The notes: generated by a model from the sequence alone, not told the origin. DNA of 64,000 bases from Dehalococcoidia bacterium (GCA_963692995.1 OY843611.1:422748-486747); one strand, 5' to 3'. Counted from the first letter of the stretch, positions 8,812 through 18,027 are shown. A program made the numbers and translations.

Positions 8812-9630
8812 CTAGGACTGGCGCGCCGTCCCCACAAACTCCTGCCACGCCAGCACGCACTTTTCCGGCGCCGAGTGCTGCACGTAGCCGCCGGCGCCGG
8901 GTACGCGGGCCAGTGTGCAGTTGGGCATCAGATCGGCCTGACCCTGGGCGCGGTCGGGGATGTCGCCCTCGCTCAACTCGCCGACCAGGGCCAGGGCGGG
9001 AGTCTGGATGGCCGGCAGCTTGTCGGACAGGTTCTGCGTACCCAGGTAGGCCAGGGTTTCCAGCGCCACGTGACGGGCGGTCTGGCCCATCTGCTGGATG
9101 TACCACTCATGATGCTCCGGCGCGTCGTCGGCATTAACGCGACGGCCGCCGGTGGCCCGCGCCCAGCCCTCAACACCTTCCTCCGCCACCAGACGGTAAT
9201 AGTTCCGGTAGGTATCCACGCCGGTGAAGTTGTACGGTGACGTGCACGTGGCGACAGTGTGCAGCCGTTCGGGATATTGGTAAGCGAATTGCAGGGCGAT
9301 GGTGCCGCCGATGGTTTCGCCGATCAGATGCACTCGGTCCAGTTCCAGATAGTCCAGCAAGTTCCGCAAGTCGCTGGCAAAGCCTTCCAGGGACCAGTCG
9401 TAGCTGTCGGGCGCCGGCACGGTGGAGCGGCCAAATCCCCGGGCGTCCACGCGGATCACCCGGTACTGCCGCGCCAGCAGCGGCGGCCAGGCGTACCAAA
9501 GCCGGCCGTTCTTGGCGTTGCCGTGATGCAGCACGATGGTTTCTACCGTCGCCGGGTCGCGCCACGGGTCGGTGAAATTATCGTCGTCATAGTGCATTTC
9601 AAGGTTGTCGGCGAGGGCCGCGATGGGCAT
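8812..9630 (-). CDS. alpha/beta-fold hydrolase (nucleophile elbow GETIG)
   Basis: HHGNAKNG...RVIRVDARGFGRS...VHLIGETIGGTIALQFAYQYPERL is the canonical alpha/beta hydrolase layout. Thr sits where the catalytic Ser is expected. Confidence 0.85.
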   Translation of the reverse strand: MPIAALADNLEMHYDDDNFTDPWRDPATVETIVLHHGNAKNGRLWYAWPPLLARQYRVIRVDARGFGRSTVPAPDSYDWSLEGFASDLRNLLDYLELDRVHLIGETIGGTIALQFAYQYPERLHTVATCTSPYNFTGVDTYRNYYRLVAEEGVEGWARATGGRRVNADDAPEHHEWYIQQMGQTARHVALETLAYLGTQNLSDKLPAIQTPALALVGELSEGDIPDRAQGQADLMPNCTLARVPGAGGYVQHSAPEKCVLAWQEFVGTARQS

Positions 9631-9702
9631 GATGGCCTGCTTCGTGGTTGGAATTCACGCCGGGGCGGGTTGGAAACCCGGCCCGGCCACACGGGCCGGT
9701 CG

Positions 9703-10080
9703 TTACACCCCAAGTCCGCCGCCCGGCGTCTGGTCGGCCAAGGGTATCTGCACGCTCACTCGGTTAACATCGCCGACACTGCGGGTGGTGTGGCCCCGCC
9801 CGGTCAGGTCCTCGCACAGCTCGATGTCGCCCACGTTGAAGATTCGCTTGGCGCCGTTGCCCAAACCGATCTCAACCTGTCCTTGCAGGGTGATAACGTA
9901 TTGACGCCGGGGGGCAGTGTGAAAGTCCACCAGTTGCGTGGGTTTCAGGCTGCTGAACTGGACCCCGATGGCCTCCTGCAATTTCGTCCGCAGGGCGTGG
10001 CCCATCTGCTCAAAAGGCAGCTCCATATCCTCGATGTGAGACTCGCCGTCGTCGCCCGTGTAAATCCTGACAACCTGCAT
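9703..10080 (-). CDS. cupin-domain protein
   Basis: GGAGG upstream of the start. 125 aa. The pattern DGESH...FHTAPRRQYVITLQGQVEIGLGNG..R.F..GD....EDLTGRGHTTR resembles small single-domain cupins. Confidence 0.65.
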   Translation of the reverse strand: MQVVRIYTGDDGESHIEDMELPFEQMGHALRTKLQEAIGVQFSSLKPTQLVDFHTAPRRQYVITLQGQVEIGLGNGAKRIFNVGDIELCEDLTGRGHTTRSVGDVNRVSVQIPLADQTPGGGLGV

Positions 10081-10211
10081 CTGGTCATACCTCCGGGGGG
10101 TTGTTCTCGTGGGACGTATGATAGCATCACACTGGCCCGCGCCGGCACGAACAGGGGCGAATGATTATTCTCCCCTACCCCATACTGCCGATCCCGGCTG
10201 TCCGGCAGGTT

Positions 10212-12470
10212 TTATACCGGAACCATACGCCCGTTACGGAACCTGTAACTTGCGTCTTCCTGCGCCGCTGTCAACAATTTCTCTGCTAGCTCAATGCCGC
10301 GTATTTTGTCGATGTCGGCATTGCTGATATTGTATGACTTTGCCGGCTCAATGCAGTTCTGGCACCCGAGCCGACAAGAGCAGTTGCGAGCAATCTCAAC
10401 TCCTTTCGTCAAAGCTGTTGGCCATACCTCAAACAGCTTCTTGGCCACGCCGATGCCACCAGGATAGTTTTCGTAACAGTAGGCCGCCGGCTCATTGTTG
10501 CCACGGGAGTAGGTGCTGGTATCGAACCTGTCTGCCGGGATCACGAACATTGCCCCTATCCTAATCATGTGCTCGACTGCGCCTATCCCGGTAGCGCTAT
10601 CTGGCACATTGAACCAGAGCGCGTGCAATCTGCTTTGATGATGTGCTTCATTCGCCCCGCCGGCTCCCTTCACTTCACCAGTCCGTTCGTCCATTAGCTG
10701 GTAGCCAGTGAAATTCGTCACCACGTTCAGTGCCCCATAGTACACCTCGACATCTCCATAAGCGAAACCGTCGAAAATGTCCTGTACGGTCAGCACTGTG
10801 TAAAACCCTGCTTCAGTCCTGAGATTAGGATCCGCATCCTCAAGTACCACTGCGTCCGCTTCGTGGGAGCGAACTTGGTAGCGACGTCCGAAGAATGTGA
10901 AAATCGCTCCGATATAGGCTTCCCTGAATCGGCGTGCCGCTGAAATCTGGCCGATGTCTTCGTTGCCTCGTCGCAACGCGAACGATTGCCCGATACCTCC
11001 CCTCAAATTTAAGGTGGGGTGCGGCCGATAACCTTTAGGCGGTTTCCCTCCATCTTTCTTGGCAGTATCGTAAAACGATTGGCCGATGATAGACTCATCG
11101 CCGACGTGTAGCTCGCCTTCAGTTTCTGCAATGAGACAGGGAAGGTGATTTTCAATCAATTCCTCATTGTTTGGGTCCACCACCAACTGGTCAAACGGCT
11201 TGTTCATAAACGCATCAAGGTTTCCGACGAAGAAACGGTCGATTGGATCGTTCATCGCATAGAACAACACCAAGGCGTCTTTGTCCCAGCCTCGTCCGGC
11301 GCGTCCAATCTGTTGCCAAGCTGACATGATGCTGGGAGGGAATCCGGCCATGATGATCGTGTCCAAGCCGCCGATGTCCAGACCCAGCTCCAGCGCATTG
11401 GTGCAGAACACCACATCAATATCACCGCATTTGATTTTCTTTTGTATATCCTGCCGGTCATCATTTTTTAGGTCAGCGTGATATGCCGAAATGCGCTCCG
11501 GATCTAGTCCCATTTCTTCCGCCTTACGGCGACAATTGCTGAACGCATCTTCCAGAAATCGCTTCGATGGGCAAAACGCCAACGTTTGAAGCCCTTCGGT
11601 CATGGCCGCCAATGCTGCTTGCTCAACGCGCAAACGCAGAATGTCCCGGTATTGGTAATCAGGTATGCTGGGGCTGACGAAAACAAAGTGACGCTGTGGC
11701 CGGATCACATCTCTGGCGGATACGACCTCAACATCTCTCCCGGTCAGCGCCTTGGCGTGCTCCTGGGGATTAGCGCACGTTGCAGTTGACAAGAACACCC
11801 TTGGGTTTACGCCTATACGGTGCAGGTGTAAAAAGAATCTTCGCAGCAGCAGTGCCATATTGCTGCCGAAAAATCCCCGATATTCGTGCATCTCGTCAAT
11901 CACGACATACCGAAGATCGCTCAAAAAGCCGTTCCTACCCCATATGTCTCGATAAGCCAAGAACGACCTATTCAAATATTCCGGATTGGTCAACAGAATG
12001 TGCGGAGGCTGCTGGCGTAATATCTGCTTGGTGTCATCGGAAGTATCCCCATCGTATGCCCAAGAATCAACATTCAGTGGTTTGCAGATATCTTCGATTT
12101 GAGTCCGCTGATCAAAAGCCAGCGCCTTCATCGGGTAAATCATCATTGCATGAGCGCCCACATTGCGAACCAGCGAATGCAGCATAGGCGCGGTGAACGC
12201 CAGTGTCTTACCGCTGGCGGTAGGGGACTCTAGCACTACATCAGCGCCGGTCAGAGATTTGCTAATGGCATCGGCTTGATGCTGGTAAGGTCGGGAGATA
12301 TCGGACCGGCTTAGCGCATCTCGAACGGATGAATCCAGTTGCGCCGGCCACTCGGTTGCAAGTTGTGGCTTTTTTCGCTCAACCGTGCCCGTCTTTATCG
12401 TATCGTCGGCTCGTAGCGCGTCGAACTCTTTCAACCGCGCCAGGAAACCGTTGAGGTTGATTCCGTTCAT
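10212..12470 (-). CDS. DEAD/DEAH-box SF2 helicase with C-terminal DUF1998 zinc module (MrfA/YprA/SftH-like)
   Basis: GAGGAG upstream of the start. Motif I SPTASGKT, motif II VVIDEMHEY (DExH), motif VI QQIGRAGR. C-terminal Cys cluster CSCRLGCQNC. 752 aa, the size of B. subtilis YprA. Visibly lower GC than flanks. Confidence 0.85.
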   Translation of the reverse strand: MNGINLNGFLARLKEFDALRADDTIKTGTVERKKPQLATEWPAQLDSSVRDALSRSDISRPYQHQADAISKSLTGADVVLESPTASGKTLAFTAPMLHSLVRNVGAHAMMIYPMKALAFDQRTQIEDICKPLNVDSWAYDGDTSDDTKQILRQQPPHILLTNPEYLNRSFLAYRDIWGRNGFLSDLRYVVIDEMHEYRGFFGSNMALLLRRFFLHLHRIGVNPRVFLSTATCANPQEHAKALTGRDVEVVSARDVIRPQRHFVFVSPSIPDYQYRDILRLRVEQAALAAMTEGLQTLAFCPSKRFLEDAFSNCRRKAEEMGLDPERISAYHADLKNDDRQDIQKKIKCGDIDVVFCTNALELGLDIGGLDTIIMAGFPPSIMSAWQQIGRAGRGWDKDALVLFYAMNDPIDRFFVGNLDAFMNKPFDQLVVDPNNEELIENHLPCLIAETEGELHVGDESIIGQSFYDTAKKDGGKPPKGYRPHPTLNLRGGIGQSFALRRGNEDIGQISAARRFREAYIGAIFTFFGRRYQVRSHEADAVVLEDADPNLRTEAGFYTVLTVQDIFDGFAYGDVEVYYGALNVVTNFTGYQLMDERTGEVKGAGGANEAHHQSRLHALWFNVPDSATGIGAVEHMIRIGAMFVIPADRFDTSTYSRGNNEPAAYCYENYPGGIGVAKKLFEVWPTALTKGVEIARNCSCRLGCQNCIEPAKSYNISNADIDKIRGIELAEKLLTAAQEDASYRFRNGRMVPV

Positions 12471-12522
12471 CTGAACCGCTCCTCAGATCGTAAAAGCTGG
12501 CGCCATTATACCTAAACAGGCT

Positions 12523-12627
12523 CTATCCTGCCGCCGCCGTTTCCGCCCCGCCAACCAGCAGGAATGCGGCGAATACGCCGATGGCCAAGGCACAGGCGAC
12601 CAGAATGGCGGTTCCAACGATAACCAT
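12523..12627 (-). CDS. possible 34-aa single-TM micropeptide
   Basis: Below the ORF-track cutoff. ATG at 12627 gives MVIVGTAILVACALAIGVFAAFLLVGGAETAAAG*, one clean hydrophobic helix. No clear SD sequence. Confidence 0.25.
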   Translation of the reverse strand: MVIVGTAILVACALAIGVFAAFLLVGGAETAAAG

Positions 12628-12837
12628 AATCCGGATCGGTTTGGGTAGATAGGCTTGGGCGTATCGGCGTCGCGCAATCTCTTATCGCCTGTAAGGACGA
12701 GATTCAGCAGAGCAAAGCCCAAGCCCCATACGGCTATGTTGGATTGGAGAGGATTACATCTAGGAAAAGGCTCCGCAGTCCATTTACTTCTGCCTCCTGC
12801 CCCGGCGTTTCCCCTATCGTGGCATGGCGGCTTTGCG

Positions 12838-13272
12838 TCACGGCTTCAGCCGCACCAGGAAACTGGCCTCTCCCAAGGGCATGCCATCGAAGGCGATGGC
12901 GGCCACGTGGCGGCCCAGGCGGGTTACCGGGATGCGGAAGGGCTTGATCCAGCGTTGGAAAAAGATGCCCTCGTCCCAGGTGACGGCCTGGGGCGGCGGG
13001 CTGGACAGGCTGGCCCCCGGCGCGCGGATGGTTACTTCCAGCGTGTGCTCCCCGGCCGCGGCGCCGGCGATGCAGAAGGCCAGTTGAGCGTCCACCTCCG
13101 CCAGCACTCGCGGGCCGTCGCCGCCGGGGGGATCCGCGGGCATTGGTATGTCCACCAGGTCGATCACTCCCTTGAAACTCAGGTCGTCTCCGTCCCCCTC
13201 CTCGGTTTCCCGGCAGAACAGGGCATATTTCAGGTACACTCCGCCTCGTTCGGTTGTCAATAGCGGCTCCAT
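12838..13272 (-). CDS. hypothetical protein
   Basis: 144-aa ORF with host-like codon usage that fills a gap. No motif recognised with confidence. Confidence 0.55.
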   Translation of the reverse strand: MEPLLTTERGGVYLKYALFCRETEEGDGDDLSFKGVIDLVDIPMPADPPGGDGPRVLAEVDAQLAFCIAGAAAGEHTLEVTIRAPGASLSSPPPQAVTWDEGIFFQRWIKPFRIPVTRLGRHVAAIAFDGMPLGEASFLVRLKP

Positions 13273-13386
13273 TCAAACCGACCCGCGCCGGCAAACCCGC
13301 GCCGGGCTGGTAATATATCGGCACGATTGTAGCACCGGCCGCCCACGGCGGCAAAAGACGACCTTCATTACTCCAGGAGGCGCGCT

Positions 13387-14016
13387 ATGGGACTGTCAGC
13401 AGAGAAGTTCGCACAGGGAATGACCACCGACCAGTACATCGACATCATCAAGGTGAACAAGGACCCGTTTCAACAGATCCACGCCGGCGTGGAAATTCCG
13501 GCCAACGTGCTGGATTACTTTAGCGGACTGGAGAAGCCGGTGAACCTGGCCGTGTTCACCTCCGATTGGTGCGGCGACGCCATGTCCACCACTCCGGCCA
13601 TCCTCAAGCTGGCCGACGCCAGCGATAACATCCGACTCAGCGTTTTCAACCGCGACGACGAACTTGAGCTAACCAACGGTTTCCTGCCCGAACACCGGGC
13701 CGGCACCGTGCCCGTCTTCGTGGCGCTGGATGAAAACATGGGGGAAATCGCCCGCTTTATTGAGACGGCCCGTTCTCTGGTTCCCGCAATCGACGCCATG
13801 GACGAGATGGTGGCGCAGGCTGCGGCGTCCATTGGCGACGCGACCGAAAGCCGCCAGCAGGCTCGAGGCCGTCGCACCGCCCATCGCGTCAGCAAGGCCG
13901 CCGAGTGGGGCGCAGTGATCCTCAACGAGTTCCAGCAGGTAGTGGCCGACGGCCTGGCCCGGCTCGCCGCAGATCGCCCCGCCGAGGGCGGCACCGAATG
14001 GCCGCCACAAGACTGA
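13387..14016 (+). CDS. thioredoxin-fold family protein
   Basis: AGGAGG upstream of the start. VNLAVFTSDWCGDAMSTTPAIL carries a WCxD-type thioredoxin-like site with a single Cys. 209 aa. Confidence 0.7.
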   Translation: MGLSAEKFAQGMTTDQYIDIIKVNKDPFQQIHAGVEIPANVLDYFSGLEKPVNLAVFTSDWCGDAMSTTPAILKLADASDNIRLSVFNRDDELELTNGFLPEHRAGTVPVFVALDENMGEIARFIETARSLVPAIDAMDEMVAQAAASIGDATESRQQARGRRTAHRVSKAAEWGAVILNEFQQVVADGLARLAADRPAEGGTEWPPQD

Positions 14017-14050
14017 TTACCGTCATTGTGGATGCCAAAAAAACTGTATT

Positions 14051-14099
14051 ACCGTCATTCCCGCCCTTCCTACCGTCATTCCCGCGAAAGCGGGAATCC
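14051..14099. repeat. hairpin unit plus partial unit
   Basis: Partial ACCGTCATTCCCGCC followed by the full unit CGTCATTCCCGCGAAAGCGGGAATCC (14074-14099). Confidence 0.65.
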
Positions 14100-14119
14100 A
14101 AGCCCCCAGAGGAACGTGA

Positions 14120-14434
14120 ATGTCCGACGACAACGACAGCATAACCATCATCACAATGGACGACATGTCCATCGTCTTTTCCGTCACCGACGACTTCGGC
14201 ATCCACCGCGAGTCGGTGAGCGTAGAACTGGCCCGTGAGGATCCTGGTGAGATCATCATCAGCGGCGGCAAAGTGGAAATCACGTTGCCAGCCAGCCGGG
14301 CGCCCGCCGAATTCGCTCCGACCATCCGGGCTGAGTTGGAATCAAAGGGCTACGCGCACAATCCCGGTCAGGTCGTAACCAATGACGGGGACGAGGGTGA
14401 AGGCGAAGCAGACGATGGCGACTGGCTGGCGTAA
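14120..14434 (+). CDS. hypothetical acidic protein
   Basis: GAGGAA upstream of the ATG. 104 aa with an acidic tail (DGDEGEGEADDGDW). Followed by a strong hairpin. Confidence 0.5.
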   Translation: MSDDNDSITIITMDDMSIVFSVTDDFGIHRESVSVELAREDPGEIIISGGKVEITLPASRAPAEFAPTIRAELESKGYAHNPGQVVTNDGDEGEGEADDGDWLA

Positions 14435-14443
14435 CCAGCAAAC

Positions 14444-14472
14444 GTAAGGGCGGGTTTTAAACCCGCCCTTAC
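14444..14472. terminator. bidirectional hairpin between convergent genes
   Basis: Perfect 13-bp stem GTAAGGGCGGGTT / AACCCGCCCTTAC with a 3-nt loop. It lies between the stops at 14434 (+) and 14486 (-). Confidence 0.6.
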
Positions 14473-14485
14473 CCTTACCGCGTCG

Positions 14486-15010
14486 CTAATACCCCGCTTC
14501 CCGCCACTCGAAGGCCAACGTGGCGTAACGCACAAACACGGCTCCCCCAGGCGCCGCCAGCGGTCCATTCATCGCCAATATGGCAATGGTCACCTCGTCG
14601 CCGGCCTGGGGTTCCGCGGACACGACCACGCGCTGGGGCACATTGAACCCCTGCACCGTGGCCCGCTCCCGGTCACACTCTCCGTTGATCCAGATCTCGC
14701 CGTAGTCGTCGATGCACGACTCAAACAGGCAACGCGCCCCGGCGATGGACCGACCGCCCACCGTTTCCGGCAACGTTGCCTTAATGCGGTACCAAATGAA
14801 GGACACGCCGCGCCGTCGCCAGGCCGCCAGATCCTCGCAGGCGTCCCAACCGGAGTCGTCATAGTCGGGCAGCCGGCATGGCGAACCTTCCGCCTCGCTT
14901 TCCACACCCTCGTTGGGTTGGCCGGGCACGAACCCATAGGCGCATTTCCACCGCCCGCCGACGGCGGACAGGTCGGCGGCATTTTGCAGGTCAAGCGTAG
15001 CTCGTGGCAT
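14486..15010 (-). CDS. stand-alone galactose-binding-domain-like protein (GH2 N-terminal sugar-binding-like)
   Basis: DDSGWDACEDLAAW...GVSFIWYRIKATLPETVGG...LFESCIDDYGEIWINGE follows the GH2 N-terminal jelly-roll pattern. Its start overlaps the upstream stop as TAATG. Confidence 0.55.
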   Translation of the reverse strand: MPRATLDLQNAADLSAVGGRWKCAYGFVPGQPNEGVESEAEGSPCRLPDYDDSGWDACEDLAAWRRRGVSFIWYRIKATLPETVGGRSIAGARCLFESCIDDYGEIWINGECDRERATVQGFNVPQRVVVSAEPQAGDEVTIAILAMNGPLAAPGGAVFVRYATLAFEWREAGY

Positions 15011-15474
15011 TAGTGATCCTCCTTTCGGTTGGCCTGCTCCGGGCGGTCCAATCCATCCGGAGCCGGCAGGGGTTCAATGGAATCTTTGAGCTCAGGGTGG
15101 CTCTCCAGCAGGCGATTGAACCATTCGGACATCCTAGCGTACATTGCGGCTTCCGCTTCGGCCCGACCTTCGGCCCGACCTTCGGCCCGCATCTTTTTGC
15201 TGATAAAGTGCGCCAAAACCATGATGCTGTCAATGACCTCCGCAATTGTAATGACCGTGGCGGTGGATACTCCAAAAGCCGTTATGACACCAACGCCGAT
15301 TGCGGTGTAAAAGCCATAGGCGGCTTCGTGTCCGCCATTGGCGATTGTATGCTGAATCGCCCAAATCGCTCCGCCCAGCGTCAAAGCGGCGTGCCCCGCC
15401 AGACCCAAAGCGGCCAACTTGGCCGGTATGCTGTCAAGCGCTACTCTCGGTATGTTCACGAACTTGATGTTCAC
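15010..15474 (-). CDS. membrane protein, hypothetical
   Basis: GTG start. Three predicted hydrophobic helices, then a charged tail with the repeat RAEGRAEGRAEAEA. Translationally coupled to the downstream gene. Confidence 0.55.
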   Translation of the reverse strand: MNIKFVNIPRVALDSIPAKLAALGLAGHAALTLGGAIWAIQHTIANGGHEAAYGFYTAIGVGVITAFGVSTATVITIAEVIDSIMVLAHFISKKMRAEGRAEGRAEAEAAMYARMSEWFNRLLESHPELKDSIEPLPAPDGLDRPEQANRKEDH

Positions 15475-15547
15475 GAACCGGGACGTTTAGCCGTATGGCG
15501 CCGTCCGGCCGACCGGGCTAGCTTGCTGCGCCGGCCATCCCTTGGCG

Positions 15548-16198
15548 CTACACGCCGGTGATACGGATGCCGGAATGCACCCGGTGGATGCGATTGATGT
15601 TCACCAGCAGGGGCGTTAGCTGCTCCACGTACTTGGCGTTGTAGAGCGCGCCGGCATCCACTGGGCGCAGGTTGGGGATCTTTCGTGTCAGGTCAACAAT
15701 CGTCTGCCGGGCCGCCGCGTCATCGGCGCAGATGACTACGTCCTCGTCCAGCGTGACGCCGGGTCGCAACAGTTCCTCGGCGGACACGTTTTGAAACGCG
15801 GCGACCACCCGCGAATCCGGAGCGGCGGCCTGGGCCTCCTGGGCGGCCGATCCGGCGGGTACGTCCTCGGCGATGGCCCCGACGCCTCTCTCGAACCTCA
15901 TGGGAGCGATAACCGTCACCACCGTCTTCCCGCTCAACGCTTCGCCAACGCCGTCAATGGTGGGAGCCATGCCATTGTAGGGCATAGTGAGGAACACCAC
16001 ATCGGCCTGATCCGCCGCCTCCCGGTTCACCGCGCCGGAGATCGCGGCGCCCGGCGCCAGCTCCAACAGCTCGTCGGCCGCCTCTTGAGCCCGCCCGGCG
16101 TCCCGCGAACCGATCACCGCCGATTCGCCGGCCATGGCCAGCCGCAGCGCCAAACCCTTTCCTTCCGGTCCGGTTCCTCCCAGAAATGCCAGCATCAA
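15548..16198 (-). CDS. npdG: NADPH-dependent F420 reductase
   Basis: N-terminus MMLAFLGGTGPEGKGLALRLAMAGESAVIGSRDAGRAQEAA and a length of 216 aa match the NpdG/Fno family. Confidence 0.8.
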   Translation of the reverse strand: MMLAFLGGTGPEGKGLALRLAMAGESAVIGSRDAGRAQEAADELLELAPGAAISGAVNREAADQADVVFLTMPYNGMAPTIDGVGEALSGKTVVTVIAPMRFERGVGAIAEDVPAGSAAQEAQAAAPDSRVVAAFQNVSAEELLRPGVTLDEDVVICADDAAARQTIVDLTRKIPNLRPVDAGALYNAKYVEQLTPLLVNINRIHRVHSGIRITGV

Positions 16199-16338
16199 TA
16201 ACGCCTCCTGGAACTAATTCGGCGCAAGTATAGCACCGCGTGGGTCGGTGGGCGCGTATGTTACAATCGGGCCGGTTCACCACCTCACCGATGGTGTCCG
16301 TATTGAAGGTATCAATTTCAGCAGGAGGGTTCACCATC

Positions 16339-16701
16339 ATGGCATTCTCACTCAACCACGTTCACCTCAAGACCCCCGACCCCAAGGCCACCGCTGACTG
16401 GTACGTGCAGAACTTGGGCGCCACCGTGACCTCCGAAGCCGCCAACGGCGGGTTCCGGCTGGACCTGCACGGCCTGCCCCTCAACGTAACCGACCACATC
16501 GCCACCCAGACCCACCCGCAGAACTACGGCTTTGAGCACATCGCCATCGACACTACCGACATCGACGGCGCTATGCAGGATCTGAAGGACAGCGGAGCCA
16601 AAGTGCTGGAAGAAACCTCCGTTGGCGGAGGCCGGCGGGTAATGTTCTTTGAAGGGCCGCAGGGCATCATCCTGGAAGTGCTGGAAGTGCTGGACCAGTA
16701 G
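16339..16701 (+). CDS. VOC (glyoxalase/bleomycin-resistance/dioxygenase) family protein
   Basis: AGGAGGG upstream of ATG 16339. MAFSLNHVHLKTPDPKATADWY...FEHIAIDT... is the typical VOC beta-alpha-beta-beta-beta pattern. Confidence 0.85.
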   Translation: MAFSLNHVHLKTPDPKATADWYVQNLGATVTSEAANGGFRLDLHGLPLNVTDHIATQTHPQNYGFEHIAIDTTDIDGAMQDLKDSGAKVLEETSVGGGRRVMFFEGPQGIILEVLEVLDQ

Positions 16702-16712
16702 CCACGGCAACC

Positions 16713-16749
16713 CGCCGGGGCGAATGACCATTCGCCCCGGCGTTTCTCT
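16713..16749 (+). terminator. intrinsic terminator after the VOC gene
   Basis: CGCCGGGGCGAATG..CATTCGCCCCGGCG stem followed by TTTCTCT. Confidence 0.65.
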
Positions 16750-16801
16750 ACGATGATCGATTGCGTCAAATAGTTCAGGTTAAGGCGCACGGTAGTACAC
16801 C

Positions 16802-17527
16802 ATGCAATTCCGGGAGCATCCGGCCGTTGAACAATCTGCGCCAAGTCGTCGGCGGGTACGTAACGGTCAGCCCACCAACGAACTGGTTTTCAGCGCTTAC
16901 GTGGGCGGAAATGAGGACACGTTCCCTCATATCCTGGATCTCTATGTCGCGCCGGGAAGCCTGGTTGCCGATGTCACCTTCGGCAAGGGCGTTTTCTGGC
17001 GAAAGGTTCCCGAAGAGCGGTACGAATTGCTCGCCACTGATATTCAGACCGGGGTGGACTGCCGAGATCTTCCCTACGAAGACGGGACGATAGATTGTGT
17101 CGTGATCGACCCGCCTTATATGCACTCACCGGGAGGAACGGCGCATACCGTCCACCAGGCATTCGAGCAGCATTACCGCAATAACGGGACGGGAAACAGG
17201 ACCAATAAAAAATACCATGAAGCCGTGGTCGAGCTGTACGAAGAGGCCGGCAGAGAAGCATATCGGGTATTGCGCGAACGTGGCGTATTAATCGCAAAAT
17301 GTCAGGACGAAGTGTGCTCCAATCGGCAACGCTTCACCCACGTTGAAATCATGCAATCATACGAAAAGATTGGGTTCATTGCCGAAGACCTGTTTGTGGT
17401 TGTCCGGCAAAATCGCCCAGGAGTCAGCCGTGCCATCCGCCAGGTTCACGCTAGGAAGAATCACTCGTACTTTCTTGTATTCTGGAAGAATAGTTCAGGG
17501 AGTAGTATTTGGGAGCCACCGGAATGA
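16802..17527 (+). CDS. DNA methyltransferase (N6-A/N4-C, DPPY type, motif I before motif IV)
   Basis: ADVTFGKGVFW (FxGxG AdoMet motif) lies ~45 aa before VVIDPPYMH (DPPY catalytic motif). 241 aa. AT-richer than flanks. Confidence 0.8.
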   Translation: MQFREHPAVEQSAPSRRRVRNGQPTNELVFSAYVGGNEDTFPHILDLYVAPGSLVADVTFGKGVFWRKVPEERYELLATDIQTGVDCRDLPYEDGTIDCVVIDPPYMHSPGGTAHTVHQAFEQHYRNNGTGNRTNKKYHEAVVELYEEAGREAYRVLRERGVLIAKCQDEVCSNRQRFTHVEIMQSYEKIGFIAEDLFVVVRQNRPGVSRAIRQVHARKNHSYFLVFWKNSSGSSIWEPPE

Positions 17528-18027
17528 ACGCCGTAGAATTGCTGGTGACCATCATCAGGGAGCACGCGCCGGAAGATATCTGGCGAGAGTCACCCTTAGT
17601 CGGCTACCGAATGCTGGCCAATACCAATCGCGGCGCTATCGGCGAGGAGTTCATCCGACGCTACCTGCGCCAGAATGAGATTGAAGTTGGCAATGGAGGT
17701 CGGGTTTCACCCACCGATCTTCGGATCGAGGATGTACGATTTGAGGTGAAAACTGCTTCACTCGGCGCGAACGGCACCTTCCAGTTCAACCACGTTCGGT
17801 TGGACCGAGATTACGATTATCTGCTGTGTTTGGGAATTTGCCCGAATCAGGTAGTTTTCAATATGTGGAGGAAAGGCGCTGTTGCTGAAGCCAGGGCTGG
17901 CAGGTTGGTACGCATGGCGGAAGGTCAGGCAGTGACGTACAAACTCACTAAGAGATTGGCGGAAATGGCAGCTATAGAATTGTTTCCGGGCCGCGTCCGC
18001 CAAGCCCTCGTCCCTGAAGACCAGTGA
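17524..18027 (+). CDS. putative small type II restriction endonuclease (PD-(D/E)xK-like)
   Basis: Its ATG overlaps the methyltransferase stop (ATGA). PTDLRIEDVRFEVKTAS gives a D-x9-E-x-K arrangement. 167 aa. No other domain recognised. Confidence 0.5.
   Translation: MNAVELLVTIIREHAPEDIWRESPLVGYRMLANTNRGAIGEEFIRRYLRQNEIEVGNGGRVSPTDLRIEDVRFEVKTASLGANGTFQFNHVRLDRDYDYLLCLGICPNQVVFNMWRKGAVAEARAGRLVRMAEGQAVTYKLTKRLAEMAAIELFPGRVRQALVPEDQ

Noticed and set aside
12483-12722. 79-aa minus-strand ORF
   Set aside because: Composition is odd (Pro/Trp/Arg-rich) and it has no SD. A different frame in the same gap gives a cleaner 34-aa TM peptide, and even that is low confidence.
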